A DNA stretch of 64,000 nt from Patescibacteria group bacterium (lineage in GTDB: Bacteria; Patescibacteriota; Minisyncoccia; UBA6257; 02-FULL-45-10c). This document shows, piece by piece, positions 25,954 through 35,663 of the stretch; position 1 is the stretch's first letter, and each line of letters opens with the position of its first letter. The translations under genes and the position numbers were made by a program. Location: contig JAGWYA010000004.1 in assembly GCA_018969615.1 (NCBI GenBank), positions 9,922 to 73,921 on the forward strand, in the 5' to 3' direction. A model generated the notes under the pieces. It ran no database searches, was not told the DNA's origin, and saw nothing but the letters and a program-made list of their open reading frames with translations.

Positions 25954-27213
25954 ATGAAATCGAAGCGCGCCACAAAAAAAATGAAGAAGAAGCCGGCAAA
26001 GAAGGCTCCGGCAAAGAAGCATAAAAAGGTTGCGAGCCCGCGCCCGGTGCAAAAGAAAAAGACCGGCGGTTCAACCGCGAAGCATCCGGTAAAAGCGAAA
26101 GCGGCGTTAAAGCCGGTAAAGCTCAGCAAGAAAGAAGAGATCGCCCAGGAAAGCCTTGATGAACTTATCACCCGCGGCCGCGGACGCGGTTTTGTGACGG
26201 ATAACGAGGTATTGCAGGCATTCCCGCAGATCGAGGATAACGTTGTTCTCTTGGAGCAGATCTACCAGAAGCTTGAAGAGGCGAACATTAAAGTCGTTGA
26301 AACGAGCCAGCTCATCGAACTGCCGAAAGACGAGGAAGTGTCCCAGGCGGAGTTGGAACGCGCCGACCGGATCGAAGGCGAACTGCCGGATTCCGTGCAG
26401 ACCTATTTGAAGGAGATCGGAAAGATCAAACTGCTGACCGGACAGGAGGAAAAAGACCTTGCGAAGCGCGTTGAGAAAGGCGACAAGGAGGCGCGCCGGA
26501 AGTTCATTGAAGCCAACCTCCGCTTGGTGGTTTCCATCGCAAAGCGCTACGTGAACCGCAGCCCGCATTTGAGCATCCTCGACCTGATCCAGGAAGGGAA
26601 CATCGGCTTGTCCCGCGCGGTTGCGAAGTTCGATTATCGCCGCGGTTTCAAGTTCTCGACCTACGCGACGTGGTGGATCCGCCAGGCGATCACGCGTGCG
26701 CTGGCCGACCAATCCCGCACGATCCGCATCCCGGTCCACATGGTGGAAACGATCTCGAAATATACCCAGGCGAAGCGCCATCTGGTCCAGGAATTGGGCC
26801 GTGATCCGCTGCCGGAAGAGATCGCGATCGAAATGAACCTCCCGGTTGAGAAAGTGCATCATATTCAGAAGATCTCGCAGGAAGTCGTTTCCTTGGAGGC
26901 TCCGGTCGGCGAAGATGACGAAGGAGAGTCATCACTGGCTGAATTCATCGAAGACCATACCAGTCTGACGCCGGCGCAGGTAGCGTCCCAGACGCTGCTC
27001 CGCGAGCGTATCCGCGATATTCTTGTTGATCTGACGCCTCGCGAGCAGAAGATCCTGCAAATGCGCTTCGGATTGGAGGATGGCATTACGCACACCCTCG
27101 AGGAAGTAGGGAAGGAGTTCGAGGTCACCCGCGAACGCATCCGTCAGATCGAAGCAAAGGCGTTGAGCCGCATCAAATCCCACGGAAAGTCCCATATGCT
27201 GGAGGGATACTAG
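25954..27213 (+). CDS. rpoD: RNA polymerase sigma factor RpoD (sigma-70 family)
   Basis: Regions 1.2 to 4 are present ([16 protein letters not shown]; the [18 protein letters not shown] region 2; TIRIPVHM; region 4 [21 protein letters not shown]). Start taken as the ATG at 25954 after a Lys-rich tail; an alternative GTG lies at 25927. Confidence 0.92.
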   Translation: MKSKRATKKMKKKPAKKAPAKKHKKVASPRPVQKKKTGGSTAKHPVKAKAALKPVKLSKKEEIAQESLDELITRGRGRGFVTDNEVLQAFPQIEDNVVLLEQIYQKLEEANIKVVETSQLIELPKDEEVSQAELERADRIEGELPDSVQTYLKEIGKIKLLTGQEEKDLAKRVEKGDKEARRKFIEANLRLVVSIAKRYVNRSPHLSILDLIQEGNIGLSRAVAKFDYRRGFKFSTYATWWIRQAITRALADQSRTIRIPVHMVETISKYTQAKRHLVQELGRDPLPEEIAIEMNLPVEKVHHIQKISQEVVSLEAPVGEDDEGESSLAEFIEDHTSLTPAQVASQTLLRERIRDILVDLTPREQKILQMRFGLEDGITHTLEEVGKEFEVTRERIRQIEAKALSRIKSHGKSHMLEGY

Positions 27214-27254
27214 GTCTGAAAGCGGGATCGGATCGAAGAGCGTATGATAACGGC

Positions 27255-27282
27255 AAAAACCGGCTTAAAATGCCGGTTTTTG
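27255..27282 (+). terminator. Rho-independent terminator (ACCGGCttaaaatGCCGGT followed by TTTT) after rpoD
   Basis: Read directly. Confidence 0.55.
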
Positions 27283-27418
27283 CATCCCCGGACCCCCCTC
27301 TGGCATTTGGGGGCTATCTGTGGTATAGTAGGCTCGTGAGGTATAGGGGTGAATAAGTTCAAATATGTAATCGGAAAGCTTATCTCGGTAAGCTTTTTTC
27401 ATTGGAAATAGGCAATTT

Positions 27419-28912
27419 ATGGACATGATCACAAGGAATACCCGGCTTTTTGCTGTGGGAATTGCGGTTACTGCCTTTTTATGCGCTCCTCAGATGGGAA
27501 CGCCGGTTGCGCGTGCGGCTGGATCATCCGATCCTTCTTTTTCGAATCCGGGCCTGCTCCCGACCAATCCTTTCTATTTCTTGAAGGTATTTGCGCGTTC
27601 CGCCGAGCGTGCGTTGACCATTGATCCGATCAGCCGCGCCAATTTGGAGGCGGGCATTTTGGACCAGAAGGCGGGAGAGCTTCAAAGCCTTGAACAGATC
27701 CTCGGCAGCGCTGATACTCGCGTGGAAGCTGCCGCGGGACCTTATGGCGACAGCATTGATCGTTTACAGGCGGATCTGCAGAATATCACCGCTACCAGCG
27801 ATAAGAACAAGAACGTCGACGCTTTGCTTACGCATGTCTTGCAGGTGAGCACGAGCGACATGGCTATTTTTGACCAGCTTGAATCGGTCGGCGATCTGAA
27901 CATGCGGGACCAGCTTGAGGCTTTGGACGGAAAGGTAAGTTCGCTGATCGCCGGTTCGTTTGCGCGGCTTGATACGGCAAGCGGATTCCAGGGGCGTCTT
28001 TCGGTCTTGGCATCGAACAGTAATTCCGATCTGCTGTCTGAAATGGTGCTTGCGCGGAGCTTAAGCAGGATCGCCGATGCGGTGCCGGCGGATTCGTCCC
28101 TGCAGTCCCCGCTGCTTTTGAGTACGGACCATCTTCTTTACAGCATCCTCGCGGATATGGAAACGACCACCGGAGACGGCGCTGTTGCGGCGCTGATCGA
28201 CCAGCTGCCGGGCACGAAGCTGCGCACCATTATGGTGATCGATGAATTGCAGGAGCGGGCGACGGACGCTGCGGTCCAAAATACGCTTTCGATCATCAGA
28301 CAGCATCTCGTTGATATTTCGCAGGATGACCAGACGGTGAGCAAGCCGGCTGCCCAAGCCTTGTCCGCTGAAGCTGATACACTGGCAACGTTCCTCCATG
28401 ATCAGGCCCGCGGCGTGCGCAGTTCCGCTCTTTTGGCTCTGGTCGTCCGTGCCCGTTCTTTTGCCGATGAAGCGGACACTTCTTTTTCGCTCGGCCAGTA
28501 CGGCGATGCCGCCTGGAGCGCAAGCCTTTCGCTGGCGGCGTCCCGGAACGGACTTACGTACCTTGCGCGGAATGACCAGGATGTGCTGACCGCGGAAGTA
28601 AAACAGTTTGAAACACAGTATGATGTTCTTTTGAATACCGCACAGGACGCCGGCGTCAGCCAGGATACGGAACCCGGTATAATGGCGCTTTTCTCCGAGG
28701 CGGAGACGGCTCTCGGGAACGCTTCCGATCTCATCGGCCCTCGCCTTGACCTTGATAAGGTTGTTGCTGCGGTGCGCACTGCGGATCTTTCATTGGAACA
28801 GGCTGATGCGGCCGTGCAGGAGTATCTTCAGCAAATGAAGGTCGTGGCCGCGGCCGCACAGGCGGCGAAACCGGCGCTTGACCGCGTGCTTCCGCCGGCG
28901 GCATTGAATTAG
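27419..28912 (+). CDS. Secreted hypothetical protein with a signal peptide and an Ala/Leu/Asp-rich helical repeat region
   Basis: 497 aa. N-terminal signal-like segment (FAVGIAVTAFLCAPQMGTPVARAAGS). A conserved-looking PGLLPTNPFYFLK stretch. No catalytic motifs. Confidence 0.5.
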   Translation: MDMITRNTRLFAVGIAVTAFLCAPQMGTPVARAAGSSDPSFSNPGLLPTNPFYFLKVFARSAERALTIDPISRANLEAGILDQKAGELQSLEQILGSADTRVEAAAGPYGDSIDRLQADLQNITATSDKNKNVDALLTHVLQVSTSDMAIFDQLESVGDLNMRDQLEALDGKVSSLIAGSFARLDTASGFQGRLSVLASNSNSDLLSEMVLARSLSRIADAVPADSSLQSPLLLSTDHLLYSILADMETTTGDGAVAALIDQLPGTKLRTIMVIDELQERATDAAVQNTLSIIRQHLVDISQDDQTVSKPAAQALSAEADTLATFLHDQARGVRSSALLALVVRARSFADEADTSFSLGQYGDAAWSASLSLAASRNGLTYLARNDQDVLTAEVKQFETQYDVLLNTAQDAGVSQDTEPGIMALFSEAETALGNASDLIGPRLDLDKVVAAVRTADLSLEQADAAVQEYLQQMKVVAAAAQAAKPALDRVLPPAALN

Positions 28913-28984
28913 CTCCCGCGCGTGGTACTTCGGTTCGGCGCGCTTCCGCGCCGATTTTTTTTATGCTAGGATAGTGCGTATCAT

Positions 28985-30748
28985 ATGACCGCTCCCGAGA
29001 TCCGAAAAAAATTCCTTTCTTTTTTTAAAGAACGCGGACACGCGGTTGTTCCGTCGTCGCCCCTTATTCCCGATGATCCGTCGGTGTTATTGACGACCGC
29101 GGGAATGCAGCAGTTCAAACCGTACTATGTCGGGAAGGCCGATCCGCAGCGTGACTTCGGGTCACTGAATGCGACCTCGGTCCAAAAATGTTTCCGCACG
29201 TCGGATATCGAAGAGGTCGGGGATGACACGCATCTGACGTTCTTTGAAATGCTCGGGAATTTTTCGTTCGGCGGTTATTTCAAGAAGGAAGCGATCCCGT
29301 GGGCGTATGACTTCGTCGTCAATCAGCTTGGGATCGACCGCGAGCATCTCTATGTGACGATCTTTGCCGGCGACGCGGACGTGCCCGAAGATACGGAGTC
29401 GTTCAAGATCTGGCATGAGACGATCGGTATTCCGAAAGACCGGATCCGCAGGCACGGCCGGGAGGATAATTTTTGGGGACCGACCGGAAGCGAGGGGCCG
29501 TGCGGCCCGACGACCGAGATCTATGTCGCGGCGAACGCGGAGGGTGCGCGTGCGGGCAAAGGCGTGGAGATCTGGAACCTGGTGTTCAATGAATTTTACG
29601 GAAAGCAGGATGAGCATAAAAAATTAGTTTTAGAAAAATTAGTAGTCCCGGGTATCGATACCGGCATGGGATTGGAGCGGCTTGCGGTGATGCTGCAGGG
29701 CGCTAAGAACGTTTTCGAGACCGATCTGTTCCGTCCGCTGATGACGGCGATCCACGAAGCGCAGCAGGGATTGGATGACCGCGTGGTTCGGGTGCTGGCG
29801 GACCATCTCCGCTCTTCGATCTTCTTGATCGCGGACGGCGTTCGCCCGTCGAACAAAGAAGCGGGCTATATCCTCCGCCGCCTCCTCCGCCGCATTTTGG
29901 CGTATACGATCCAGTATGATATCCATGCGGATCTGTTCGCGCTTGCGGTCCCGGTGGTGAGCGGACAGTTCGGTGATGTTTATCCCGAGGTCCGCAAGAC
30001 GAACGAGATCCTTGCGGTTCTGACGGAAGAAAAGACGAAGTTCGAGCGGGCGCTTGCGCTCGGGATGAAAGAGATCGAACGGTATGAAACGATCTCCGCA
30101 AAAGACGCTTTCTCGCTCTATGAAACGTTCGGCGTGCCGTTCGAGCTCTTGCAGGAGCTTGCCCCTGCAAAAGTGAAAGGATTAAAGAAAGAGGACCTGG
30201 AAGAAGAGATCAAAAAACATCAGGAGATCTCCCGCGCCGGCGCGGAAAAGAAGTTCGGCGGCCACGGCCTCATTTTGAACACGGGTGAATTGAAGGCTTC
30301 GACGCCGGAAGAGGTTGTGACAGTGACGCGGCTCCATACGGCGACCCATTTGGTCCAGGCGGCGCTCCGGAAGGTGCTTGGGACCGAGGTCCATCAGATG
30401 GGGTCGGATATCACCGCCGAGCGCGCGCGGTTCGATTTTTCGTTCCCGCGGAAGCTGACCGAAGAGGAGGTGAAAAAAGTGGAAGATCTCGTAAACGATG
30501 CGGTTTCCCGCGACCTGCCGGTGACCGTGCAGGAATTGCCGATCGAAGAGGCGAAAAAGACCGGCGCCCTCTATTTCTTCAAGGAAAAATATCCGGAGCG
30601 TGTGACGGTCTATTCGATGGGGGATTTTAGCAAAGAGTTCTGCGGCGGTCCGCATGTGACCAATACGCTCAAAGTAGGGAAGTTCAAGATCACCAAACAG
30701 GAATCGGTCGGCGCCGGCGTGCGCCGGATCCGGATCTCGGTTGAATAA
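28985..30748 (+). CDS. alaS: Alanyl-tRNA synthetase, compact form (catalytic plus editing domains, no C-terminal C-Ala domain)
   Basis: 587 aa. Class II AlaRS N-terminus (FKERGH...LLTTAGMQQFKP, FEMLGNFSFGGYFK). Editing-site HxxxH and CGGPH motifs near the C-terminus. Confidence 0.9.
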   Translation: MTAPEIRKKFLSFFKERGHAVVPSSPLIPDDPSVLLTTAGMQQFKPYYVGKADPQRDFGSLNATSVQKCFRTSDIEEVGDDTHLTFFEMLGNFSFGGYFKKEAIPWAYDFVVNQLGIDREHLYVTIFAGDADVPEDTESFKIWHETIGIPKDRIRRHGREDNFWGPTGSEGPCGPTTEIYVAANAEGARAGKGVEIWNLVFNEFYGKQDEHKKLVLEKLVVPGIDTGMGLERLAVMLQGAKNVFETDLFRPLMTAIHEAQQGLDDRVVRVLADHLRSSIFLIADGVRPSNKEAGYILRRLLRRILAYTIQYDIHADLFALAVPVVSGQFGDVYPEVRKTNEILAVLTEEKTKFERALALGMKEIERYETISAKDAFSLYETFGVPFELLQELAPAKVKGLKKEDLEEEIKKHQEISRAGAEKKFGGHGLILNTGELKASTPEEVVTVTRLHTATHLVQAALRKVLGTEVHQMGSDITAERARFDFSFPRKLTEEEVKKVEDLVNDAVSRDLPVTVQELPIEEAKKTGALYFFKEKYPERVTVYSMGDFSKEFCGGPHVTNTLKVGKFKITKQESVGAGVRRIRISVE

Positions 30749-30755
30749 TAAAAAT

Positions 30756-30780
30756 GACCCCTTGAAAGGGTTGTTTTTTG
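30756..30780 (+). terminator. Rho-independent terminator (GACCCCttgaaaGGGTTG followed by TTTTTT) after alaS
   Basis: Read directly. Confidence 0.55.
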
Positions 30781-30842
30781 CACGTCGTAATCTTAATTTT
30801 ATGTAGTAAAAATGCCTAAAAACTGTGTTATACTAAATACAC

Positions 30843-32051
30843 GTGGTATTACACAAAAAGATACTACATACGTTCTCACGTTTCTTGCCTAAGGGTGATA
30901 AATATGTGGTGATCGAGATCCTCAATCACTACGTCCAGGTCACCGTCCTTCGAACTGACTTCGCGAACAAAGAAATACGCATTCTCAAGGCATTTTCCAA
31001 AGATCTTCCCCAGCCGGACCCGCATCTTGTGCTCAAAGAGCTCCGGCGTTTGCTCAGAAAAATACCGGGCCTGTCCCACTACCGCATCGTGATCGGTCTC
31101 GATTCGCTGCTTGCAACGACCAAGTACGCTTCGATCTCGTTAGTGCGCCCGAACGCAAAGGAGGTCATTGATGAGGCCGACCTCGACAATCTTATTTCGC
31201 AGGCGATCTGGCGGTTCTTTGACAAGCACCGATTCCGCATCGCGCAGAAGATGGGCATCGATGAGGTGGACGTCCTGCTGACCGATGTGCGCATCCGCGA
31301 TATCCGCATTGACGGCCATCGGGTGGTGAATCCGATCGGCTTTAAGGCGAAATCAGTGGAAGTGTTCTTCAGCCAAACGTTCGTATCGCGCGGATTCATG
31401 GCCGAGCTCCGTGACGTGGTTCCGCGGGAGGGGATCGAGCTGCTGGTCGAAGCGGGGACTGCGCTCTCGCATGTTCTTGCCCAGGCGCGGGGCGACGGAG
31501 CCTTCTACATGGCAAATCTGTTCCCGAACCACACCGCGATCTTTGCCGCCGCGCATCCGCATTTCGGCCATGAGGACAGTTTTGCCTGGGGCGGGGACAA
31601 TCTGATCCGCTATGTCGGCCGCTCGCTCCATGTGGACCCGGAAACCGCCGCCGCCGTGATCAGCGCCTATGCGGCGTCGGAAGGCTCAGAGCCTTTTCTG
31701 CGGAAGTTCGAGGGGATCGTGACGCATGAGCTGGGTTCTTTCGCGCACGGGGTTGAGTCGCTCGTTGATCGCGATGTTCCCGACGTCTATCTCAATCCGT
31801 TCTTCCCGATGCCCGAGGTCGTATTTTCGGCGCGGTTCCAAAATCGATTCGACCGGCCGTTGCGCCTGCTGCCATTATCCACACAATTCGTTACCGAAAA
31901 GCTCGGCTATACGGTACAATACAATAAAGCAGCATCAGGCATACGGGATCCGCTGATGCTTTATGGAGTGCTCTTAGAACTTACGCTTCTGCCGCGGAAC
32001 GATACGATGAGCCATCTTGCCGACCGGCGCGTCCGATGGCTGGTAACGTAG
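30843..32051 (+). CDS. Actin-like ATPase of the FtsA/PilM superfamily (putative)
   Basis: The listed ORF starts at a GTG at 30843. The in-frame GTG at 30905, with a GGGTGA ribosome-binding site, may be the true start. An N-terminal beta-hairpin-type motif (VVIEILNHYVQVTVL) and ...DEVDVLLTDVRIRDIRIDGHRVVNPIGFKAKSVEVFF resemble FtsA/PilM subdomains. The assignment is by pattern only. Confidence 0.45.
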   Translation: MVLHKKILHTFSRFLPKGDKYVVIEILNHYVQVTVLRTDFANKEIRILKAFSKDLPQPDPHLVLKELRRLLRKIPGLSHYRIVIGLDSLLATTKYASISLVRPNAKEVIDEADLDNLISQAIWRFFDKHRFRIAQKMGIDEVDVLLTDVRIRDIRIDGHRVVNPIGFKAKSVEVFFSQTFVSRGFMAELRDVVPREGIELLVEAGTALSHVLAQARGDGAFYMANLFPNHTAIFAAAHPHFGHEDSFAWGGDNLIRYVGRSLHVDPETAAAVISAYAASEGSEPFLRKFEGIVTHELGSFAHGVESLVDRDVPDVYLNPFFPMPEVVFSARFQNRFDRPLRLLPLSTQFVTEKLGYTVQYNKAASGIRDPLMLYGVLLELTLLPRNDTMSHLADRRVRWLVT

Positions 32052-32069
32052 CCGGCCCGGAAGCGATCT

Positions 32070-33728
32070 GTGTTTATGAAAAAAATATTCGTCAATAAAA
32101 GCGATGAGGTTTCGGTCATTGTCGAGAAGATGATCGAAGCGGAAGACCGGGAGATCACCCTGAGCGTGCCCCGGTTTTCGCATATCGGCGGATCGCTGGG
32201 TAATTTTTATCTTTTGAAACGCGAAGCGGATGCGATCGGCAAGAAGGTCTTCGTTGAATCAGTGGATGACAAGGTCATTGAGCTTGCGGCGATGAGCGGG
32301 CTTACGGGTACGAACCCGTTCTTTGCCAAGAATACGCGCCAGTTCTCCGACATCGTTGCCCCGACCCAGAAGACCGGCAAGGCGACGGCGCCTCGTGTGC
32401 GTTCTGTCCGGCCGGCTCCGCGCCGATCGACCGGTGATATTCGGACCTCATCCCGGGAGCGGGTCCCGATCTTCTCGCCCGCGCCTGAGGACCCGCATGA
32501 AAAAGAGCCTGAGCAGGAGATCCGCCGCGAACCCCGGATGCGCTCTTTTCCGACGCTGTCGATGCCGAGCGTGGACATGCCGGATGTGATCCATTCGCAT
32601 TTTTTGCGCTGGACCGTGATCGGCGTCCTGGGCTGTGCCTTGGTGTTCTATCTTGCGACCGCGGTTCTTCCCCGGGCGGATGTGAAACTGATACCGCAGA
32701 AAACGCAATGGAGCTATGACAATGCGATCAACGCCGTTCCCGGCGCAACTGCGGATATTTCGACCATGACGATCCCCGCGCAGGTTTTCAGCGAGACGGG
32801 GAACGATACGAAGCCGTTCCCGGCGACCGGAAAGAAGCAGGTTCAGCAATATGCGACCGGGACGATCACGATCTTCAACGCGTACAGTTCGCAGCCGCAG
32901 CAGTTGGTGGCGACGACGCGGTTCATGACGCCTGACGGAAAGATCTTCCGCCTCGATAGATCGATCATGGTCCCCGCCGCGCAGATCGTTGACGGTAATG
33001 TTGTCGCTTCGAGTACTGAGGCAATGGTGACTGCCGATCAACCTGGCCCCGATTATAATATCGGTCCGGTACAACTGTTCACGATCCCCGGGTTTCAGGG
33101 GACGCCGAAGTATAAAACATTCTATGGGACGTCTTCAGCGAATATGACCGGCGGGTTCACCGGCGAGGTTGCGTATCCGACGCCGGGCGATATTGCCGCC
33201 GCGGAAAAGACCGCCGCCGCCGATCTCCAGGATGCGCTGACGACCAAGCTGTTGTCGGAGGTCCCGAACGATTTTAAGATCTTAGACGGCGCGCAGCAAT
33301 TTTCGCTGACGTCGCAAACACCCGATACCACCACGGATGCCAACGGAAACTTCACGATCCTGACCAAAGCTACCGCGACGGCGATCGCCTTTAAAGAGAG
33401 CGATGCGGTGTCGCTTTTGGAGAATAAAGCGTTGAGCGCGAACACGGAGCAATACGCGGTCGGAACGACGAGCCTGACCTATGACCTTGCCCGCGCTGAT
33501 TTCACGAAAGGCCAGATCTCGTTCCCGGTCCATTTTTCCGCGACGCTCGCCCGCGTCATGGATGCGGCGGCGTTGAAAGCGAAGATCGCCGGGAAATCTG
33601 AGACGGACCTGAAAACGACCATCTTCGCACTCCCGGGTCTCGACAGCGCGACGATCTCGCTGTGGCCGTTCTGGGTAAAAACCGTTCCGACATCGCCCGA
33701 CAAGATCACGGTCACGATCGCGCAGTAG
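32070..33728 (+). CDS. Hypothetical bitopic membrane protein (cytoplasmic N-domain, one transmembrane helix, large extracytoplasmic domain)
   Basis: 552 aa. A transmembrane helix around aa 180-200 (FLRWTVIGVLGCALVFYLATAVL). A Pro/Arg-rich linker. A Thr/Ala-rich C-terminal domain. Confidence 0.45.
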   Translation: MFMKKIFVNKSDEVSVIVEKMIEAEDREITLSVPRFSHIGGSLGNFYLLKREADAIGKKVFVESVDDKVIELAAMSGLTGTNPFFAKNTRQFSDIVAPTQKTGKATAPRVRSVRPAPRRSTGDIRTSSRERVPIFSPAPEDPHEKEPEQEIRREPRMRSFPTLSMPSVDMPDVIHSHFLRWTVIGVLGCALVFYLATAVLPRADVKLIPQKTQWSYDNAINAVPGATADISTMTIPAQVFSETGNDTKPFPATGKKQVQQYATGTITIFNAYSSQPQQLVATTRFMTPDGKIFRLDRSIMVPAAQIVDGNVVASSTEAMVTADQPGPDYNIGPVQLFTIPGFQGTPKYKTFYGTSSANMTGGFTGEVAYPTPGDIAAAEKTAAADLQDALTTKLLSEVPNDFKILDGAQQFSLTSQTPDTTTDANGNFTILTKATATAIAFKESDAVSLLENKALSANTEQYAVGTTSLTYDLARADFTKGQISFPVHFSATLARVMDAAALKAKIAGKSETDLKTTIFALPGLDSATISLWPFWVKTVPTSPDKITVTIAQ

Positions 33729-33732
33729 GATG

Positions 33733-33766
33733 GGGTTGACTTTTTTAGGGCTTCGGTGCTATACTC
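33733..33766 (+). promoter_or_regulatory. Sigma70-type promoter (-35 TTGACT, 18-bp spacer, -10 TATACT) for the infA-rpmJ-rpsM-rpsK-rpsD-rpoA-rplQ operon
   Basis: Hexamers read directly. Confidence 0.55.
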
Positions 33767-33780
33767 TTAAACATTGATTA

Positions 33781-34026
33781 TTGAACGTCATACTAGTGCC
33801 GACCACGAATAACTCCACAAAAGGCAATATTAAGGTTGACGCAGTTGTCGAAGAGGCTCTCCCAGCCGCTTCGTTTCGTCTTAGGACGCGCGAAGGCAAG
33901 GCGATCTTGGGACATCTTTCCGGCAAAATGCGCATGTACCATATTAAGATACTGCCGGGAGATCACGTCACAGTAGAGATGACTCCTTACGACCAGGAAC
34001 GGGGAAGGATCACGCGACGGCTCTAA
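33781..34026 (+). CDS. infA: Translation initiation factor IF-1
   Basis: IF-1 S1-fold signature ([38 protein letters not shown]...[15 protein letters not shown]). Confidence 0.85.
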   Translation: MNVILVPTTNNSTKGNIKVDAVVEEALPAASFRLRTREGKAILGHLSGKMRMYHIKILPGDHVTVEMTPYDQERGRITRRL

Positions 34027-34040
34027 TCATATTTCATATC

Positions 34041-34154
34041 ATGAAAGTGCGCTCATCGGTTAAAAAGATCTGCAAGGATTGTAAGACGGTTCGCCGCGAG
34101 AACCGCGTTTTTATCGTCTGCAAGATCAAGAAACATAAACAGCGCCAAGGCTAA
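34041..34154 (+). CDS. rpmJ: 50S ribosomal protein L36
   Basis: Not in the ORF track. I translated it directly: [37 protein letters not shown], a canonical bL36. Confidence 0.88.
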   Translation: MKVRSSVKKICKDCKTVRRENRVFIVCKIKKHKQRQG

Positions 34155-34165
34155 TTTCCATCACT

Positions 34166-34549
34166 ATGCGTATCATCGGTATCAATCTGCCTGACAATAA
34201 GAAAGTGCTCATCTCATTAACGTATCTGTACGGCGTGGGACGCACGCGTTCAGCCGAGATCCTCGCCGCGACAAAGATCGATCCGGATAAGCGCGCGAAA
34301 GACCTGACCCAGGACGAAGTGGGAAAGATCAAAGAATATCTTGAAAAGAACCACAAAGTGGAAGGCGAGCTCCGCCAGATCCTCAAGCAGAACATCGGCC
34401 TTTTGAAAGATCTCCAGACCTATCGCGGGATCCGCCATATGCGCCGGTTGCCGGTACGCGGGCAGCGGACCAAGACGAACTCGCGCACGGTGCGCGGCAA
34501 TGTCCGTAAGACGGCGGGCAGCGGAAAGCGTAAGTCAGAGCTTAAGTAA
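34166..34549 (+). CDS. rpsM: 30S ribosomal protein S13
   Basis: 127 aa. uS13 signature (MRIIGINLP...GVGRTRS...). Confidence 0.95.
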   Translation: MRIIGINLPDNKKVLISLTYLYGVGRTRSAEILAATKIDPDKRAKDLTQDEVGKIKEYLEKNHKVEGELRQILKQNIGLLKDLQTYRGIRHMRRLPVRGQRTKTNSRTVRGNVRKTAGSGKRKSELK

Positions 34550-34558
34550 TCTATACGT

Positions 34559-35011
34559 ATGGGAAAGAAAAAAGTCTTAAAAGAAACACACGATCAGGCG
34601 ATCAAAGCATCCGAAAAAGTGGAGGCGGCTTTGGTGAAGACCGGAAGCAAGTCATCGGGTAAGCAGCTGATCAAAGGCGCGGTCTATATCAAGGCAAGTT
34701 TTAATAATACGATCATCACCGTGACCGATGCGGCAGGGAACGCCATCGCATGGGCATCGGCGGGTTCCCTTGGATTTTCGGGTCCGAAGAAGGCAACGCC
34801 GTTCGCAGCGTCCAAAGTGGTCGCCGCGATCGCCGAAAAACTGAAGAAGACCGGCCTTTCCAGTGTTGAAGTGTTCGTAAGCGGCGTGGGAAGCGGCCGC
34901 GATTCAGCGATCCGTTCGCTGGCGAACCAGGGCTTTATGATCAGCGCGATCCGCGATCTGACCCCGATCCCGCATAACGGGCCTCGACCGCCGAAGGTTC
35001 GCAGGGTATAA
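34559..35011 (+). CDS. rpsK: 30S ribosomal protein S11
   Basis: 150 aa. uS11 signature (AVYIKASFNNTIITVTDAAGNAIAWASAG...). Confidence 0.95.
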   Translation: MGKKKVLKETHDQAIKASEKVEAALVKTGSKSSGKQLIKGAVYIKASFNNTIITVTDAAGNAIAWASAGSLGFSGPKKATPFAASKVVAAIAEKLKKTGLSSVEVFVSGVGSGRDSAIRSLANQGFMISAIRDLTPIPHNGPRPPKVRRV

Positions 35012-35032
35012 TACCTATTCCACTTCATTCCT

Positions 35033-35647
35033 ATGTTCAATACTAAAGAAAAAAGAGAGCGTTCCCTCGGCGTGCACCTGTTCTTAAAGGCGCATCGTTG
35101 CAATTCGCCGAAGTGCGTGCAGCTCCGCAAGGGGTACCGCCCGGGCCTTCACGGCCAGGCGCGCCACACCGTGACCGAATACGGAAAGCTTTTGAATGAA
35201 AAGCAGAAGATCAAAGCGGGATACGGTTTGCGCGAAGCGCATTTGTGGAAGATCTTTGCGACCGCCAGCAAGAACCCCGGGAACACCGGAAACCTGATCG
35301 TCCAGCTTTTGGAGCGCCGTCTCGACAATACGATCTTCCGGCTCGGTCTCGCGCCGTCCCGTTCGGTCGCCCGCCAGCTGATCAGCCATGGTCACATTAT
35401 GGTGAACGGCCGGAAGCACACGATCTCATCCTATGAGGTCCGGGTAGGCGATAAGCTCTCGATCCGTCCGCAGTCCAAAGGGATCGCCGCGGTGAAGGAC
35501 TTGAACGCTGAATCATTGAAAAAGACCGACGTTCCGTCATGGCTCCGCTTGGATAAGGAAAAACTTGAGGGAGAGGTCGTCTCGCTCCCGCAGGATATTG
35601 AGATGCCGTTCGATGTCAGCATGGTCGTTGATTATTATTCAAAATAA
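35033..35647 (+). CDS. rpsD: 30S ribosomal protein S4
   Basis: 204 aa. uS4 features including an S4 RNA-binding domain (LERRLDNTIFRLGLAPSRSVARQLISHGHIMVNGRK). Confidence 0.95.
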   Translation: MFNTKEKRERSLGVHLFLKAHRCNSPKCVQLRKGYRPGLHGQARHTVTEYGKLLNEKQKIKAGYGLREAHLWKIFATASKNPGNTGNLIVQLLERRLDNTIFRLGLAPSRSVARQLISHGHIMVNGRKHTISSYEVRVGDKLSIRPQSKGIAAVKDLNAESLKKTDVPSWLRLDKEKLEGEVVSLPQDIEMPFDVSMVVDYYSK

Positions 35648-35663
35648 TTATTATTACAGCATT

